Source of the DNA: Phoronis australis
Lineage: Eukaryota; Animalia; Phoronida
Assembly: GCA_002633005.1 (NCBI GenBank)
Contig: NMRA01000012.1
Span: forward strand, 248,001 to 312,000
Length of the DNA stretch: 64,000 nt
Direction: 5' to 3'
Numbering within the stretch: position 1 is the first letter of the stretch; every line of letters begins with the position of its first letter. This document shows, piece after piece, positions 54,693 through 63,112 of this stretch. Made by a program: the position numbers and the translations under genes. The notes below the pieces were generated by a model, which saw only the letters and a list, made by a program, of their open reading frames with translations, searched no databases and was not told the DNA's origin.

Positions 54693-57600
54693 TGCTGTCA
54701 GAGCAACATACTTGGCGGAAGAATTCCGCCAAGTAAAAATGCAACAGTTCACGACTACTTTCAATTAAATGGCACAGTTCCGTTTCTTGACAATATCATC
54801 TCGCCTCCAGAGACAGTTTGATGGCCTCGCACTGAATGCTTCCAAGCTACAACATTTGCTTCCTGCAGTTCTGTATAAATGTACATGAAATGATCTCGAC
54901 TGACAAGTGATTGGGAAGCCTTGTTCTGCGCCTACCAGTCGGACATGCCCTCTCTTGAACTACTTGAGCTGGGGCTTAAGCGATGGAAGACCAAATACTC
55001 CAACTTTGAAAGGGAACACCTGCCTACAACTGCAGCCATAGCCCTTAAGAGTGACAGCACAAGAACATCAGGCAAAGTGGGAACATACAGCTTATTTGAA
55101 CTCTAAGGTGGAAATGTTTTAGTTTGAAAAACTAGCAGCTTAAGTAAAATTGGCCCTCTTTCATTTTGAGGATAACTTATGATAGGTGATGACGTCAGTT
55201 TCAGTAAATTTCATGCAACTGCGGTGGAATACCGGTAGTATAAAATTACTGAACTTTCTGTATGAATCCTTTTACCCTAAGTTAGTCAGAATACGCGAAA
55301 ACAAACCGAAATTTCATTGCAAGTCCCTCATTTCAATCAGTGGTCAACAAAAACAAAACATACAGAAAAGAAATATAAACACTTAATGATTTACGTTAAC
55401 TTTATTGGTCCGTAGTGAATGGATTACTTGTTTATATGATCTTTGTTTAAAGACTTTCATTAAACCTAGAACATGGATAAGTTTCTGAGCAAGATAGGCG
55501 ACAAAGTTGTGACAAATTGCTTGATTTTTTGTTTTTATAAAGAGACTCTTAATGCAACTAATTATGATTTTGTTTTTTGGAGTTAGAACAAACCATGAAA
55601 TAATAATAAAACACCAATTTCAAAATTCGTGACAACTCATGCTCCCAGATGAAGACCATTTGTCTGATTGATACATCTCAACATATGACTTTAAAGCAGC
55701 TTGTAGATGTGAAGCTGTACGCAAACAATGTTTTGCCAGCAGAATCCGAGATTCAATTCCCGAACTTAAAATCAACATTTTGTCCTACGAAGCACAAGCA
55801 CAATTTTGTATTGCTATCATTGATTTTGGTCTTGCGTTTGTCAGATTTACACATAACAAAAACAAGAATTTCATACTTCGGTGTACTTTCTTCGATTTCC
55901 TCTGAACTTTCTTTTGGCTTCTTTGCCTTGGGTGAGAAAAACGACCTGTAAAAGAGATGTTTGCTGCATCACTAAAGTTAAAAAGCATCCTCATGAAATT
56001 TTCTTAGGTACTCTGGAAAACACTAGACATCAATATGAAGATCGCAAACCATATATCATGCTACAGCAGGTGAAACCATGCACTTTGGCACATTTTAAGG
56101 CAACCTGAATCAGTTTTGGCCTTAACATTAACAGAAGAAAAGTCAACTACACAAGTAGCCATGACGGTACAGCATGGAGTGTTACTCCTCTGGCCCAATG
56201 TCCCCCACATGCTCACCCTTTAAAGGTAGACGCAGACAATTTGCACACGTCACTATAACTCATAAAAGGGCCCTCCTGATTTTTACCAAACAACTCCCGT
56301 CCGACTCCTTATAGAATTTTGAGTGAGTGCTCATATTTGTGCATGGCAACTTCGTAACAACTTATAGATGTTTACAATGTCACCACACAAAGTCTGAGTT
56401 CACATTAACAACCCACAGATCACCAACTCGACGAGCCTTGCACTGGTGATAGGATTGAACTTTTAACTTAAGTGCAAGAGCAAAGGATCAAAGTCACGTC
56501 AAAAAAGACCAAGACAGGTAAGACTTTCCTGGGTTATTCCACAGTATTTGTCCCCTATGTTACTGTGGAATTCATTAAACTCTTCCAAGAGGAAGACTCC
56601 TGTCATATCTTTATCACAAGGGGACAAAAATTGCTGAGTCGACTAGATCAACATATTTAACGGATACTTGATTATTCTTCCCAGGTCGCCAAACACAAAC
56701 TGAAATTGCATTAGCAAGCTGTAGGTGGCCAAGTCAAGCACTGTATAAGTGTCATATCAAGATAATGAGCAGAACTATTTGGGCATAGTGAACTTTTGAG
56801 GTCTATGTCAAGTTTACACAAAGCGGTTCCTTGCTGTATTTCGACAGTGGCAGTCCACACCATAAACAGTGCCATTGTCTCGACTGGCCAGCAGGACAGT
56901 TAAGCTCCTATTGGCGCTTCATATGCTGGCAGCTTTTCAGCAAATTATGCCTTACAATGATTAAAACATCAGTCACATTGCTGTAAGTACCTTTTGCACA
57001 TAGAGGGACACCTCGGGAGGCCAACAACGTCTTAAACTCCTTCCAACTCTAACGAATGTTCTTATAATCAAACTTTTTTGCCAAGCAGTTCTTATTTCTA
57101 TCCTGAAGTGTTAAAAATGGCCAGTTGCCAATTTGCACAACTGAACGAAGGATTGTTCGAAAAAAAGGTTTGATTATGAGAGTATTTGTACGATTTGGAA
57201 GGAATTAAAGACAGACTCTTATGGCTGTGGTGTCCCTCTATGTGCAAAATGTACTTATAACAACGTGACTTTGTTTCTTTCTCTTTTTTACACTTCACAC
57301 TCGGAGTCGAGTATACCAAAGTGCCAAAGTGGTTCTCAATCATTCCTTTGCAACATCTCTTCACTCACTAGTAAGACTGAGCTCAGAGGAGTGGGAGACA
57401 CTTTTGTGTCACACTATCTCCTCTTTGATGTGAGGCTTCCGGCGTGTGAAGCTGGAGACGGTGTTCACTGTCGTGTCGATCCACACCATACTCCACAACA
57501 CAACAAACAGTACACATAGTGTACCTAATTATCGGACGGAACCTAAATATCGGACATTTCAAAAAATCTTACTTGAAGCATAATCTGAGAGTTAAATGAC

Positions 57601-60600
57601 ACCAATTGTTGTTCCGTTGTAATGCATTCAATGTCCGGCACCGTCTCGTTTTTTACAGCGTTGCCTCGTTTTGATTTCACCGAGAGAGGGTGCAATTTAG
57701 ACCCCCCAGTCGGCCTAAACTGGACGATCGCATAAATCGGTTATAAAAGTTGAAAATAAAATCTTTTTCCACAATGAAACTTTCTCACTGAACTGACAAT
57801 ATGTTACTGTTCCATTTTTTTATTTGTTTTTAAACTCAAGTCAAACCCCGACCGCGCACGTGCGGGTGTCATATCAAGAAGCCAAAGTGATAATAAAAAC
57901 TGCAGTGAGTTTGCACGTGCTTTAGTCGTCTGCACTAATTCATCGAAATGACTTGGCGCCGTCATCAGATTTCATTTCATGGATAATTTTGTTGCGAATG
58001 GACCTGTGTTCTAGCAGCATATATGTCAAAACACTCGAGCTGAAATTTGGCTACAAGGTGCCCGCGGCCATTACGTGGTTAGTCAGTTTTCCGCGGTGTG
58101 GCGTATGGGGAANNNNNNNNNNNNNNNNNNNNNNNNNNNNNNNNNNNNNNNNNNNNNNNNNNNNNNNNNNNNNNNNNNNNNNNNNNNNNNNNNNNNNNNN
58201 NNNNNNNNNNNNNNNNNNNNNNNNNNNNNNNNNNNNNNNNNNNNNNNNNNNNNNNNNNNNNNNNNNNNNNNNNNNNNNNNNNNNNNNNNNNNNNNNNNNN
58301 NNNNNNNNNNNNNNNNNNNNNNNNNNNNNNNNNNNNNNNNNNNNNNNNNNNNNNNNNNNNNNNNNNNNNNNNNNNNNNNNNNNNNNNNNNNNNNNNNNNN
58401 NNNNNNNNNNNNNNNNNNNNNNNNNNNNNNNNNNNNNNNNNNNNNNNNNNNNNNNNNNNNNNNNNNNNNNNNNNNNNNNNNNNNNNNNNNNNNNNNNNNN
58501 NNNNNNNNNNNNNNNNNNNNNNNNNNNNNNNNNNNNNNNNNNNNNNNNNNNNNNNNNNNNNNNNNNNNNNNNNNNNNNNNNNNNNNNNNNNNNNNNNNNN
58601 NNNNNNNNNNNNNNNNNNNNNNNNNNNNNNNNNNNNNNNNNNNNNNNNNNNNNNNNNNNNNNNNNNNNNNNNNNNNNNNNNNNNNNNNNNNNNNNNNNNN
58701 NNNNNNNNNNNNNNNNNNNNNNNNNNNNNNNNNNNNNNNNNNNNNNNNNNNNNNNNNNNTGGCGTAAATTAATTCTTAACGGTAGAAATTAATTATTCGA
58801 GCATAAATTAACTTTTAATGGCCTAAAGTAATTATTTGCGGCGTAAAGTAACTTTTAATGGCGTAAAGTAATTATTCACGTGCGTAATTTACGCACGTAA
58901 ATTAATTATTTACCTGCGTAAATTACACACGTCAATTAATTTTAATTTACGCCGCAAATAATTACTTTACGTAGTAAAAGTTAATATACGCCGCAAATAA
59001 TTAATGTACGCACGTAATTTACGTGCGTAACGTTCACCATTTGGCCAGCGATGCGGCTCGTTGTCTTTCGAAACTGATATTTCCGACGCCTGGTACTCTC
59101 TCTACCCACCCGTTAAATCGATTTTTACGCTACCTCTTGGAGTGCATCAGGGGCAAGAACTCACGGCACTTTTTGGGAAGGGTAGAGTTGGCAACATGGG
59201 ATAATTTTTAATGCACTCGGGGAACACAAAATTGATCGAGGAAATAACTTTTAGCAATGAACAAGACCCAGTGGCTGCGCCAGTACTATTAATCACAGTT
59301 GAAAGACAATTTTATTTTCAATTGTTTCGCCTTTGCCGACACATTTCGGCGATGGAATCATAAGTAACCTTACGTGTGACTGTGAAGGTCGCCACTGTGA
59401 CGTTTTTTTATTATCTCGACATAAGTGTCATTGTTTAATATTTGCCGCACACCAATGGTTTCTGCAAGGATAGATGCTTTTGTTTAAAAAACACGAACAA
59501 ATTGCGAACCCATGTTTACTGGGAAATGGTTAAAGTTTCTAAGAGACGACAAACAAAAAACCATTTGACCTTGTTATGTAAAGAAAACTTAGAATGCCAA
59601 TAAGCCACGAACCCGGAGGCTTCAGAAAGATCGAAAATCGGGGCGTAGGAATTTTGAGCAGGAGGAACACCGGAACGGGAGAAAGTGAAAACAGGGAAAA
59701 AACTGATCATGAGAAACAATGGTATTCTATCTGAGAATAACAGAACAGGTGAACGTGAGGAGAATATAGGTACCCGCGGAAAATATCGCTATTGACCGGT
59801 CTAAAAAGGTATAACAAAACACTTTGAAGAAAATAGAAAAAATACCTTTGTTCTGAAAACTGTTAAAATGATTTTTTACTATGTGGATGAAAATATGTTG
59901 CAAGTTTTTCAAGTTTATACTTTACGCCAGTTGTTTACTGGTTGTGGTAACAAGATTTACCCAAATGACGTAATACCCAATACACATACAGTCATCAAAA
60001 TTTCCCGGCAGTCTGATCGATTCCGGACACGTGCCCGTGCGAGTTTTCGGTGACGAACAACTTCCTCTCTATTCAAAAATGCTTTTCTACAAAACGATCT
60101 TCAAAAGAAATGTTGTCATCGGAATTCTTTGGGAGAAAGTGTCGATATTGTTATCATTATAAAACATAACGGGAACCTTTTTTATGTAATTCACAAAGAC
60201 AGGTTCTTAATTAGTTTTTCAAACTTCTATCTAGGATAGCCGGTCAATGCTACATATTTTTGATTGTCCTGAGCCGCGGGTGTCTTGATGCTGCTGTTCT
60301 TCACGTGAACATGTTCTGAGGTTTTCTTGCTCAATTTGACATTTTGTCTATTTTACTGGTGACAGTGACGGATATATGGGGAAAAGGGGTGCAATTACCC
60401 CGGATGGCCCCTCCAAGAGAGGACCCGGCCCCCATTTAAAAAAGGCCTGCTAAAAGTATATCATTCAATGACGTGGCCCGATGGTCCTCCAAGAGGTGGC
60501 GGTGTACAGTTTCACCAAAACAGGAAAAAAAAGATTCACGGCCTTACTACGTCCCATCTCGTGTTTGTCGGAAATTGAAAGGACTCATAAATAGAGACAA

Positions 60601-63112
60601 TGAAAAGTTTCGTGGCGGCTTTGAATCAACCGGTCCTCTTCTGGAACTAGGATACCTAAACATGAAAAGATTATAATTTCAAAAACAGGACACAAATAAC
60701 AATTGATGTTATCATCAGGGCTCCTCTTCGCCAAAGATCTAAAATGAAACCAAATAATTTCAAAAACTGGCTGGCCGGGCGGCAAACTAGAACGATAGAT
60801 AATTCCGGCCTTCTTGGCTGCCGGGCAGAGACAGGTTCCCGGAGAAACGCAATTTTATATTTCTTACAAGTCGTCTACTTGAATCAAAGAATCTGGATCA
60901 ATTTTGGTTAGGAAAATATGTGCATAACAAAGTTTTTCGTTCAAATGTCATCCGGCTAAGGTCCTGCGTTTCAAATGCATGTAGACGATCTTGAATCTCA
61001 CCGCCTGGAGTGTAATGACTGAACTTGAAGAAAAACGGGGGCTCAGTACTGAACAATAATGTCTTGGCCAGAGTCCAGTACAGGTAGTTGACAAATGGTC
61101 TTTCTCAGATATTACATTTTTTTTCGCAGTGTCTTCTTCTCGGTTGCACGTGGTCGTACGTTCTTGCTGGAAGTAATATACATAGATATGGTTCTAGATT
61201 CTAGTACCTCTTGGTACCGACGGCCAGGTCTCCGTGGTCTTACCCAGCCAGCGGATCAACTTGGCAGAATGCGTGGGTCTCTTATTACCCTTCTTGTTTC
61301 CCTTTACTGTGCAATAGCCTATCGAATGTCATAAGACAACAGACTTTGATATGTATTTCAAAGTCATAACACTGATTCATTATTCAACAATGAATTAAGG
61401 CGCTGACTGGTTTTGGAGCACTCAAAATGCGGGGGTTAGAGCATTCCTTCCTATAGGTGGCGTTACCTTTTATTTCCAGTTAAGTTCCGGTTTACTTTTG
61501 ATGGCATTTTGCTTATGATCATGTTGTATGATCCCCACTTTTCATTCTAAAAAATCAAACCATGTGTTGAACGGACGTGAACTGTGATTTTGGTAAGTAT
61601 TTCAATTGACCATTGGTACTAGAGGTTTCGTATTTAAACGTTTTGTAGGACTCAAAATTAGCTTAGGTCAATCCGTTAGTCCACATTCAGTCTAAAGTTT
61701 AGACTAAACTTTGTCTTGGAGTTCGAACTTTCTTTGAGTTTGACTGGTGAAAACGGTTTTATGTGCGAATAAGACGTCTGTTGAGAGCCTCCAGAGCTCT
61801 CCTCTTAGCACACCACTCGCCAAACCCGACATGGCAAAATTCCCAGGCTGCCAAACGAGAACAGAGGTTATAGCTTTCGGAAAAAGCCAAAAATGAAATA
61901 ACAGGAATATCTCAAGTCAGTCAAGTGGAATGGAAACCTGGCAAATTCAGCAATTTTTTTGCTTGAACGGCAAATTAGGTGTGTCTCCCCATACTTGGCG
62001 ATGACCAATTCCATCTTCAGGGGCCCAGTATCTTGCAAACAGGCTCACCTCCTGAGGCAGACAAATGCGATTGGGCCCTTCCGATTTTTGCCAAACTATT
62101 CTGGCTTGTGTCTGTTTACTCTGTAGTACTGTATTATGTCTTTTCAAGCTTTTGTGTCACCTAGTAGCATACGGCCATCTTAAGGTGTTAAACTTTGAAA
62201 AGAACTCAGTCAAGGCATACCTCTTCTGTTTAAAACAGATGTCTTGCAGATATCTTCCATTGATAAAGGAATTACCTTAGGTACAAGACAGATACACAAG
62301 ACGATGCTTGTTCTTTCTGTCAGTTCAATCCATCTAAAAAACACCTTAACTTTTTGGAAAAAGATTTAACTAAAATAGTGGCACTTTAATTAAGCTCTTT
62401 GTCTTAGAGTTCTATCTATGGCTTTGAGGGATATTTGAAAAGCCCTGACCTGTGTTTAAAAATCTTGTCATGTTGAAAAGCATAAGGGCCAGATAGTGTA
62501 CATCAATAACTGCGAGGTGAGCTGTTCTTAAGAGAAGTTACTATAGCTCTGCTCATAACTCATGCATGCAGGTTACCTGCCCACAGAACAAAAAGCTCAC
62601 TGATCTGTAACTCTCATAGTAAACAGTGCAAATATATACACATGGTTGGAGTTAGTCAATGAGAGAGATTTATTGTTGTCTGGTGATGCAATAATTCGTT
62701 TTTCGTTGGATACTGAAGGTAATCGACTATGTATTTGTCTCAGCGCACCCGCATGCTGTGAGGATTTATGTTTACCATGTGAATGAAGTACAACAAGTGA
62801 GACATTTGCCTCGTGAGGCAAAATCCTCACAGTTCAACTTGCTGCAGACACTGAGTTCATTTGCAGTAGAGGCACGTAGCTCTACATCTGTATTGGCCGT
62901 AAGACTTGTCTGCTTGTCATTTGGTGGGAAGACAAATGATGAAAATGATATTGCACAATACTGCTTTTTCTCATTAGTTTCCTGTATGTAGACATACTGT
63001 AATTACTGACTTTGTCAAAAAATAATGGCCATAATTTCATATTTCCACTGTTCAAGACATAGTTGTCTTGCTGCAGATAATTGAAACTTTGCCAAATATT
63101 GTTTTGTGACAT
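5526..63112 (-). CDS. LIG1: DNA ligase I, spliced gene model (21 coding exons traced; 3' terminal exon not in window)
   Basis: Exons have AG/GT boundaries (one proposed GC donor) and every junction is phase-compatible, summing to 2676 nt. The translation holds a PIP box (QNNIWSFF), a charged N-terminus, the DNA-binding domain, motif [24 protein letters not shown] and SLRFPRF. Confidence 0.97.
5809..6017 (+). repeat. Minisatellite, 17-bp monomers in a 34-bp dimeric unit
   Basis: ATGTCTGCCAATCATCA alternating with TTCTCTGACAATCACCA. Confidence 0.95.
7493..7640 (+). repeat. Minisatellite, 21-bp unit, about 7 copies
   Basis: CAACAACCTACCCCCTACCAC repeats. Confidence 0.95.
8807..9249. mobile_element. 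Old pogo/Tc1-type MITE
   Basis: taACGGGATTTTCCATAGACAAGCCC versus GGGATTATCTATGGAAAACCCAGGta (imperfect TIR, TA flanks); internal TTTATTCG / GAATAAAC repeats. Confidence 0.6.
9342..10008. mobile_element. MITE with a 13-bp perfect TIR
   Basis: CAGGGACTCATCT...AGATGAGTCCCTG; flanks ctgtggttaa / ctgtggtatt share 7 bp, consistent with a decayed 8-10 bp target duplication. Confidence 0.8.
10158..10355 (-). CDS. LIG1: LIG1 exon, [10 protein letters not shown]...[21 protein letters not shown]
   Basis: tttag|...|gtgag; GTGFSD and VWEVK motifs. Confidence 0.98.
11013..11165 (-). CDS. LIG1: LIG1 exon, [40 protein letters not shown]...SICK
   Basis: tacag|...|gtgag; start of the OB fold. Confidence 0.98.
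11256..11336 (+). repeat. Tandem repeat, 27-bp unit x3
   Basis: AGAAGTACAAGATACCTGGTCACTCTC. Confidence 0.9.
11717..12666 (+). mobile_element. Possible Helentron/HINE-like non-autonomous repeat
   Basis: ACAAGAG start; TGTGCAAAATTTCA motif; GGACGGAC/GACAGAC microsatellite; weak hairpin plus ATAAAAA end. Confidence 0.35.
12032..12097 (-). mobile_element. tRNA-derived SINE head (degenerate)
   Basis: Minus strand GGAGACAGTG-TTGCTCAGTAG (A box)...GGTTCAAATCC (B box); no complete cloverleaf. Confidence 0.55.
14693..14740 (-). ncRNA. Identical hammerhead copy on the minus strand (LIG1 sense)
   Basis: Exact reverse complement of 14833-14880, part of a 64-bp perfect inverted repeat. Confidence 0.75.
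14833..14880 (+). ncRNA. Minimal type I hammerhead ribozyme (Penelope-like element type)
   Basis: GACTT-CTGAGGA-T-GGTGT(loop)ACACC-GAAAC-AT-GTC^AAGTT: intact CUGANGA, GAAA and GUC core; stem I GACUU/AAGUU; 5-bp stem II; palindromic mini stem III (ACAUGU). Confidence 0.75.
18021..18125 (+). repeat. Tandem duplication, about 47 bp x2
   Basis: TAGCAAATGTTCCAGTG(G/A)GGTACAATAACAAACCATC(T/A)ATAAAACAA. Confidence 0.9.
18804..18886 (-). CDS. LIG1: LIG1 exon, [28 protein letters not shown]
   Basis: gtcag|...|gtgag; motifs IV and V. Confidence 0.98.
19682..19816. repeat. Small inverted repeat or mini-MITE
   Basis: TTCAGTAATGCTAGG...CCTAGCATTACTGAA is a perfect 15-bp pair, extending imperfectly inward to GCTAAAA / TTTTAGC. 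Confidence 0.65.
21613..21829 (-). CDS. LIG1: LIG1 exon, [27 protein letters not shown]...FLDESIK(G)
   Basis: ccctag|...|gtatg; motif IIIa ([10 protein letters not shown]). Confidence 0.98.
22498..22704 (-). CDS. LIG1: LIG1 exon, [26 protein letters not shown]...[10 protein letters not shown]
   Basis: caacag|...|gtaag; YSRN and motif III (IDTEAVAWD). Confidence 0.98.
23143..23258 (-). CDS. LIG1: LIG1 catalytic exon, [39 protein letters not shown]
   Basis: tttag|...|gtaag; nucleotidyltransferase motif I (KxDG) with the adenylated lysine at codon 568 of the model. Confidence 0.98.
23696..23811 (+). repeat. GC-rich minisatellite, 16-bp unit, about 7 copies
   Basis: CCGTGTCCCGGGGTTA repeats. 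Confidence 0.95.
23821..24387. other. 283-bp duplication split by a single N (likely unmerged contig or haplotype overlap)
   Basis: 23821-24103 and 24105-24387 are identical apart from one C/T difference that I could see, with N at 24104. Confidence 0.85.
24482..24567 (-). CDS. LIG1: LIG1 exon, [28 protein letters not shown](G)
   Basis: tttcag|...|gtaaa; phase 2-1. Confidence 0.96.
24890..24989 (-). CDS. LIG1: LIG1 exon, [32 protein letters not shown](C)
   Basis: ttcag|...|gtaag; phase 1-2. Confidence 0.95.
25547..25715 (-). CDS. LIG1: LIG1 exon, [42 protein letters not shown]...PPVH(E)
   Basis: tgcag|...|gtatc; KLRIG motif. Confidence 0.97.
26964..27065 (-). CDS. LIG1: LIG1 exon, [34 protein letters not shown]
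   Basis: tgcag|...|gtaag; DNA-binding domain. Confidence 0.97.
27705..27769 (-). CDS. LIG1: LIG1 exon, [22 protein letters not shown]
   Basis: ccgcag|...|gtttg; GDLGxVA motif; 65 nt, phase 1-0. Confidence 0.96.
28113..28342 (-). CDS. LIG1: LIG1 exon, [24 protein letters not shown]...MKAISEAT(G)
   Basis: tttcag|...|gtaag; DNA-binding domain ([13 protein letters not shown]). Confidence 0.97.
28673..28768 (-). CDS. LIG1: LIG1 exon, [31 protein letters not shown](K)
   Basis: ttgcag|...|gtaag; YNPAKxxYHPxxDACW marks the start of the conserved LIG1 core. Confidence 0.96.
31217..33641. mobile_element. 2.4 kb non-autonomous Tc1/mariner (pogo/Tigger-like) element
   Basis: ta|CCGTAATCGTTCAGGTTAACGCCC...GGGCGTTAACCCGAACGATTACGG|ta: 24-bp TIR with one mismatch and a TA duplication. 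Subterminal GGGCGGTTAA repeats at both ends; no transposase ORF. Confidence 0.9.
34543..34596 (+). repeat. Tandem duplication, 25 bp x2
   Basis: CAATATAAGCCATGATAGAATAATA twice. Confidence 0.9.
39318..39826. mobile_element. Degenerate PIF/Harbinger-like MITE
   Basis: taa|AGGCTTTTTCATGTTGAC...GTTAGTATGAAAGGTCCT|taa; repeated AACTTCG / CATCGA / GAAGTTAAC motifs inside. Confidence 0.45.
39834..39905 (-). mobile_element. tRNA-derived SINE head (degenerate)
   Basis: Minus strand TGGCCTTGTGG (A box)...GTGGGTTTGAGTCCCAC (B box / T arm). Confidence 0.55.
40838..40925 (+). repeat. Minisatellite, 22-bp unit x4
   Basis: TGTTGTTGACAGCGATATCTAC. Confidence 0.95.
42296..43600. mobile_element. Non-autonomous Kolobok-like DNA transposon with about 280-315 bp imperfect inverted arms
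   Basis: ttga|AGGCGAAGACAACC...GGTTGCCTTCGCCT|ttaa: RR..YY termini and a TTAA-type target duplication (left copy one mismatch). The arms align over about 42296-42610 and 43324-43600, and the interior holds a THAP relic. Confidence 0.8.
42615..43366 (-). pseudogene. Decayed 5' part of a THAP-domain (Kolobok-type) transposase
   Basis: [10 protein letters not shown]...RRFPKD...W / EGY*VCGKHF...[10 protein letters not shown] is a C2CH THAP domain with an AVPT-like motif. A Ser-rich linker follows, then LELFGRCQV...[20 protein letters not shown]. Frameshifts, plus stops at 43195-43197 and 43021-43023. Confidence 0.82.
43635..43878 (+). CDS. Nested C1q/TNF-related (collagen plus C1q domain) gene, exon with hydrophobic N-terminal stretch and first Gly-X-Y repeats
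   Basis: ctcttttcag|TTC TGG ACA CAG ATG (in-frame ATG at 43647) ... [45 protein letters not shown]|gtgag. The true start may lie in an unidentified upstream exon. Confidence 0.9.
44954..44990 (-). ncRNA. Degenerate Penelope-type minimal hammerhead (pLTR relic)
   Basis: ATC-CTGATTA-T-GTCTA(atgaa)TAGAC-GAAACGTT-GAT: stems I and II present, but core G8 is replaced by U. Confidence 0.55.
45250..45792 (+). CDS. Nested C1q/TNF-related gene, terminal exon (Gly-X-Y repeats plus complete globular C1q domain)
   Basis: ttttaacag|GT CCT CCA GGA...; KVAFSV...YDTVFLNDG...[11 protein letters not shown]...[13 protein letters not shown]...[12 protein letters not shown]. The frame is intact if the single N at 45719 is removed. 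Confidence 0.93.
46111..48260 (+). repeat. Degenerate array of HINE-like core repeats
   Basis: Recurring AAATTTCA(T/A)GAA motifs (about 46280, 46585, 46925, 47670, 47810, 48165) followed by GGTTTCTGAGATAC-like motifs; AACAAAAG start and ATAAAAA end near 48070. Confidence 0.4.
48403..48484 (-). CDS. LIG1: LIG1 exon, [26 protein letters not shown](S)
   Basis: ttccag|...|gtatg; phase 1-2; joins 28768 in frame (AG+T = Ser). Confidence 0.82.
49032..49206 (-). CDS. LIG1: LIG1 exon, [13 protein letters not shown]...GDKPVTST(G)
   Basis: tttag|...|gtgat; open K/E-rich frame; phase 0-1. A second same-phase donor (|gtgac) lies 24 nt inside the exon. Confidence 0.82.
49574..49740 (-). CDS. LIG1: LIG1 exon, [19 protein letters not shown]...KMDVDIK
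   Basis: tgtag|...|gtatg; open K/E-rich frame; phase 1-0. Confidence 0.85.
51013..51097 (-). CDS. LIG1: LIG1 exon, [28 protein letters not shown](A)
   Basis: acacag|...|gtggg; GIPLRKTAKR resembles the vertebrate GIPKRRTARK NLS/H3K9-mimic segment; phase 0-1. Confidence 0.88.
51478..51640 (-). CDS. LIG1: LIG1 exon, [38 protein letters not shown]...SVE
   Basis: tttag|...|gttag; SP (CDK-type) sites and an acidic patch as in LIG1 N-termini; phase 2-0. Confidence 0.88.
53284..53833 (+). repeat. Local direct duplication running into a gap
   Basis: TAACATTCATGTGACTAGC...AGAACAATAGATGGC at about 53289 and 53697; TGCTGGCTGGGTCAGTCTGGGTCAACTAGGCAT at about 53506 and 53801. Confidence 0.8.
53834..54659. 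other. Assembly gap (N run) followed by a poly(A) tract
   Basis: N characters; A-run at 54660-54690. Confidence 1.
54738..55055 (+). pseudogene. Fossil fragment of a hAT transposase (PRKRIR/THAP12/ZMYM1-like C-terminal region)
   Basis: [17 protein letters not shown] / QRQFDG...LQHLLP... / [23 protein letters not shown]...[11 protein letters not shown], with frameshifts and a stop. Confidence 0.7.
55877..55945 (-). CDS. LIG1: LIG1 exon, [22 protein letters not shown](K)
   Basis: ttttacag|G...AA|gtatg; carries the SFF half of the PIP box; phase 2-2. Confidence 0.85.
56971..57270. repeat. 109-bp ungapped imperfect inverted repeat with an 82-bp spacer
   Basis: 56971-57079 is the reverse complement of 57162-57270 with no indels; GGTGTCCCTCTATGTGCAAAA is identical in both arms. 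Confidence 0.85.
58113..58759. other. Assembly gap (N run)
   Basis: N characters. Confidence 1.
58760..59033. repeat. Modular palindromic (foldback-like) array next to a gap
   Basis: Repeated GCGTAAA / AATTAATTA / ACGCACGT modules in both orientations; AAGTAATTATTTGCGGCGTAAA has an exact reverse complement near 58946. Confidence 0.8.
63093..63112 (-). CDS. LIG1: LIG1 candidate first coding exon, MSQNNI(W)
   Basis: tgtgtag|ATG TCA CAA AAC AAT ATT TG. Joining it to exon 55877-55945 gives the PIP box QxxIxxFF, but this needs a non-canonical GC donor (TG|GCAAAGT). Confidence 0.6.

Noticed and set aside
53774-54764. Long ORFs of 220-320 aa here and at 57953-58792
   Set aside because: They are translations of N gaps.
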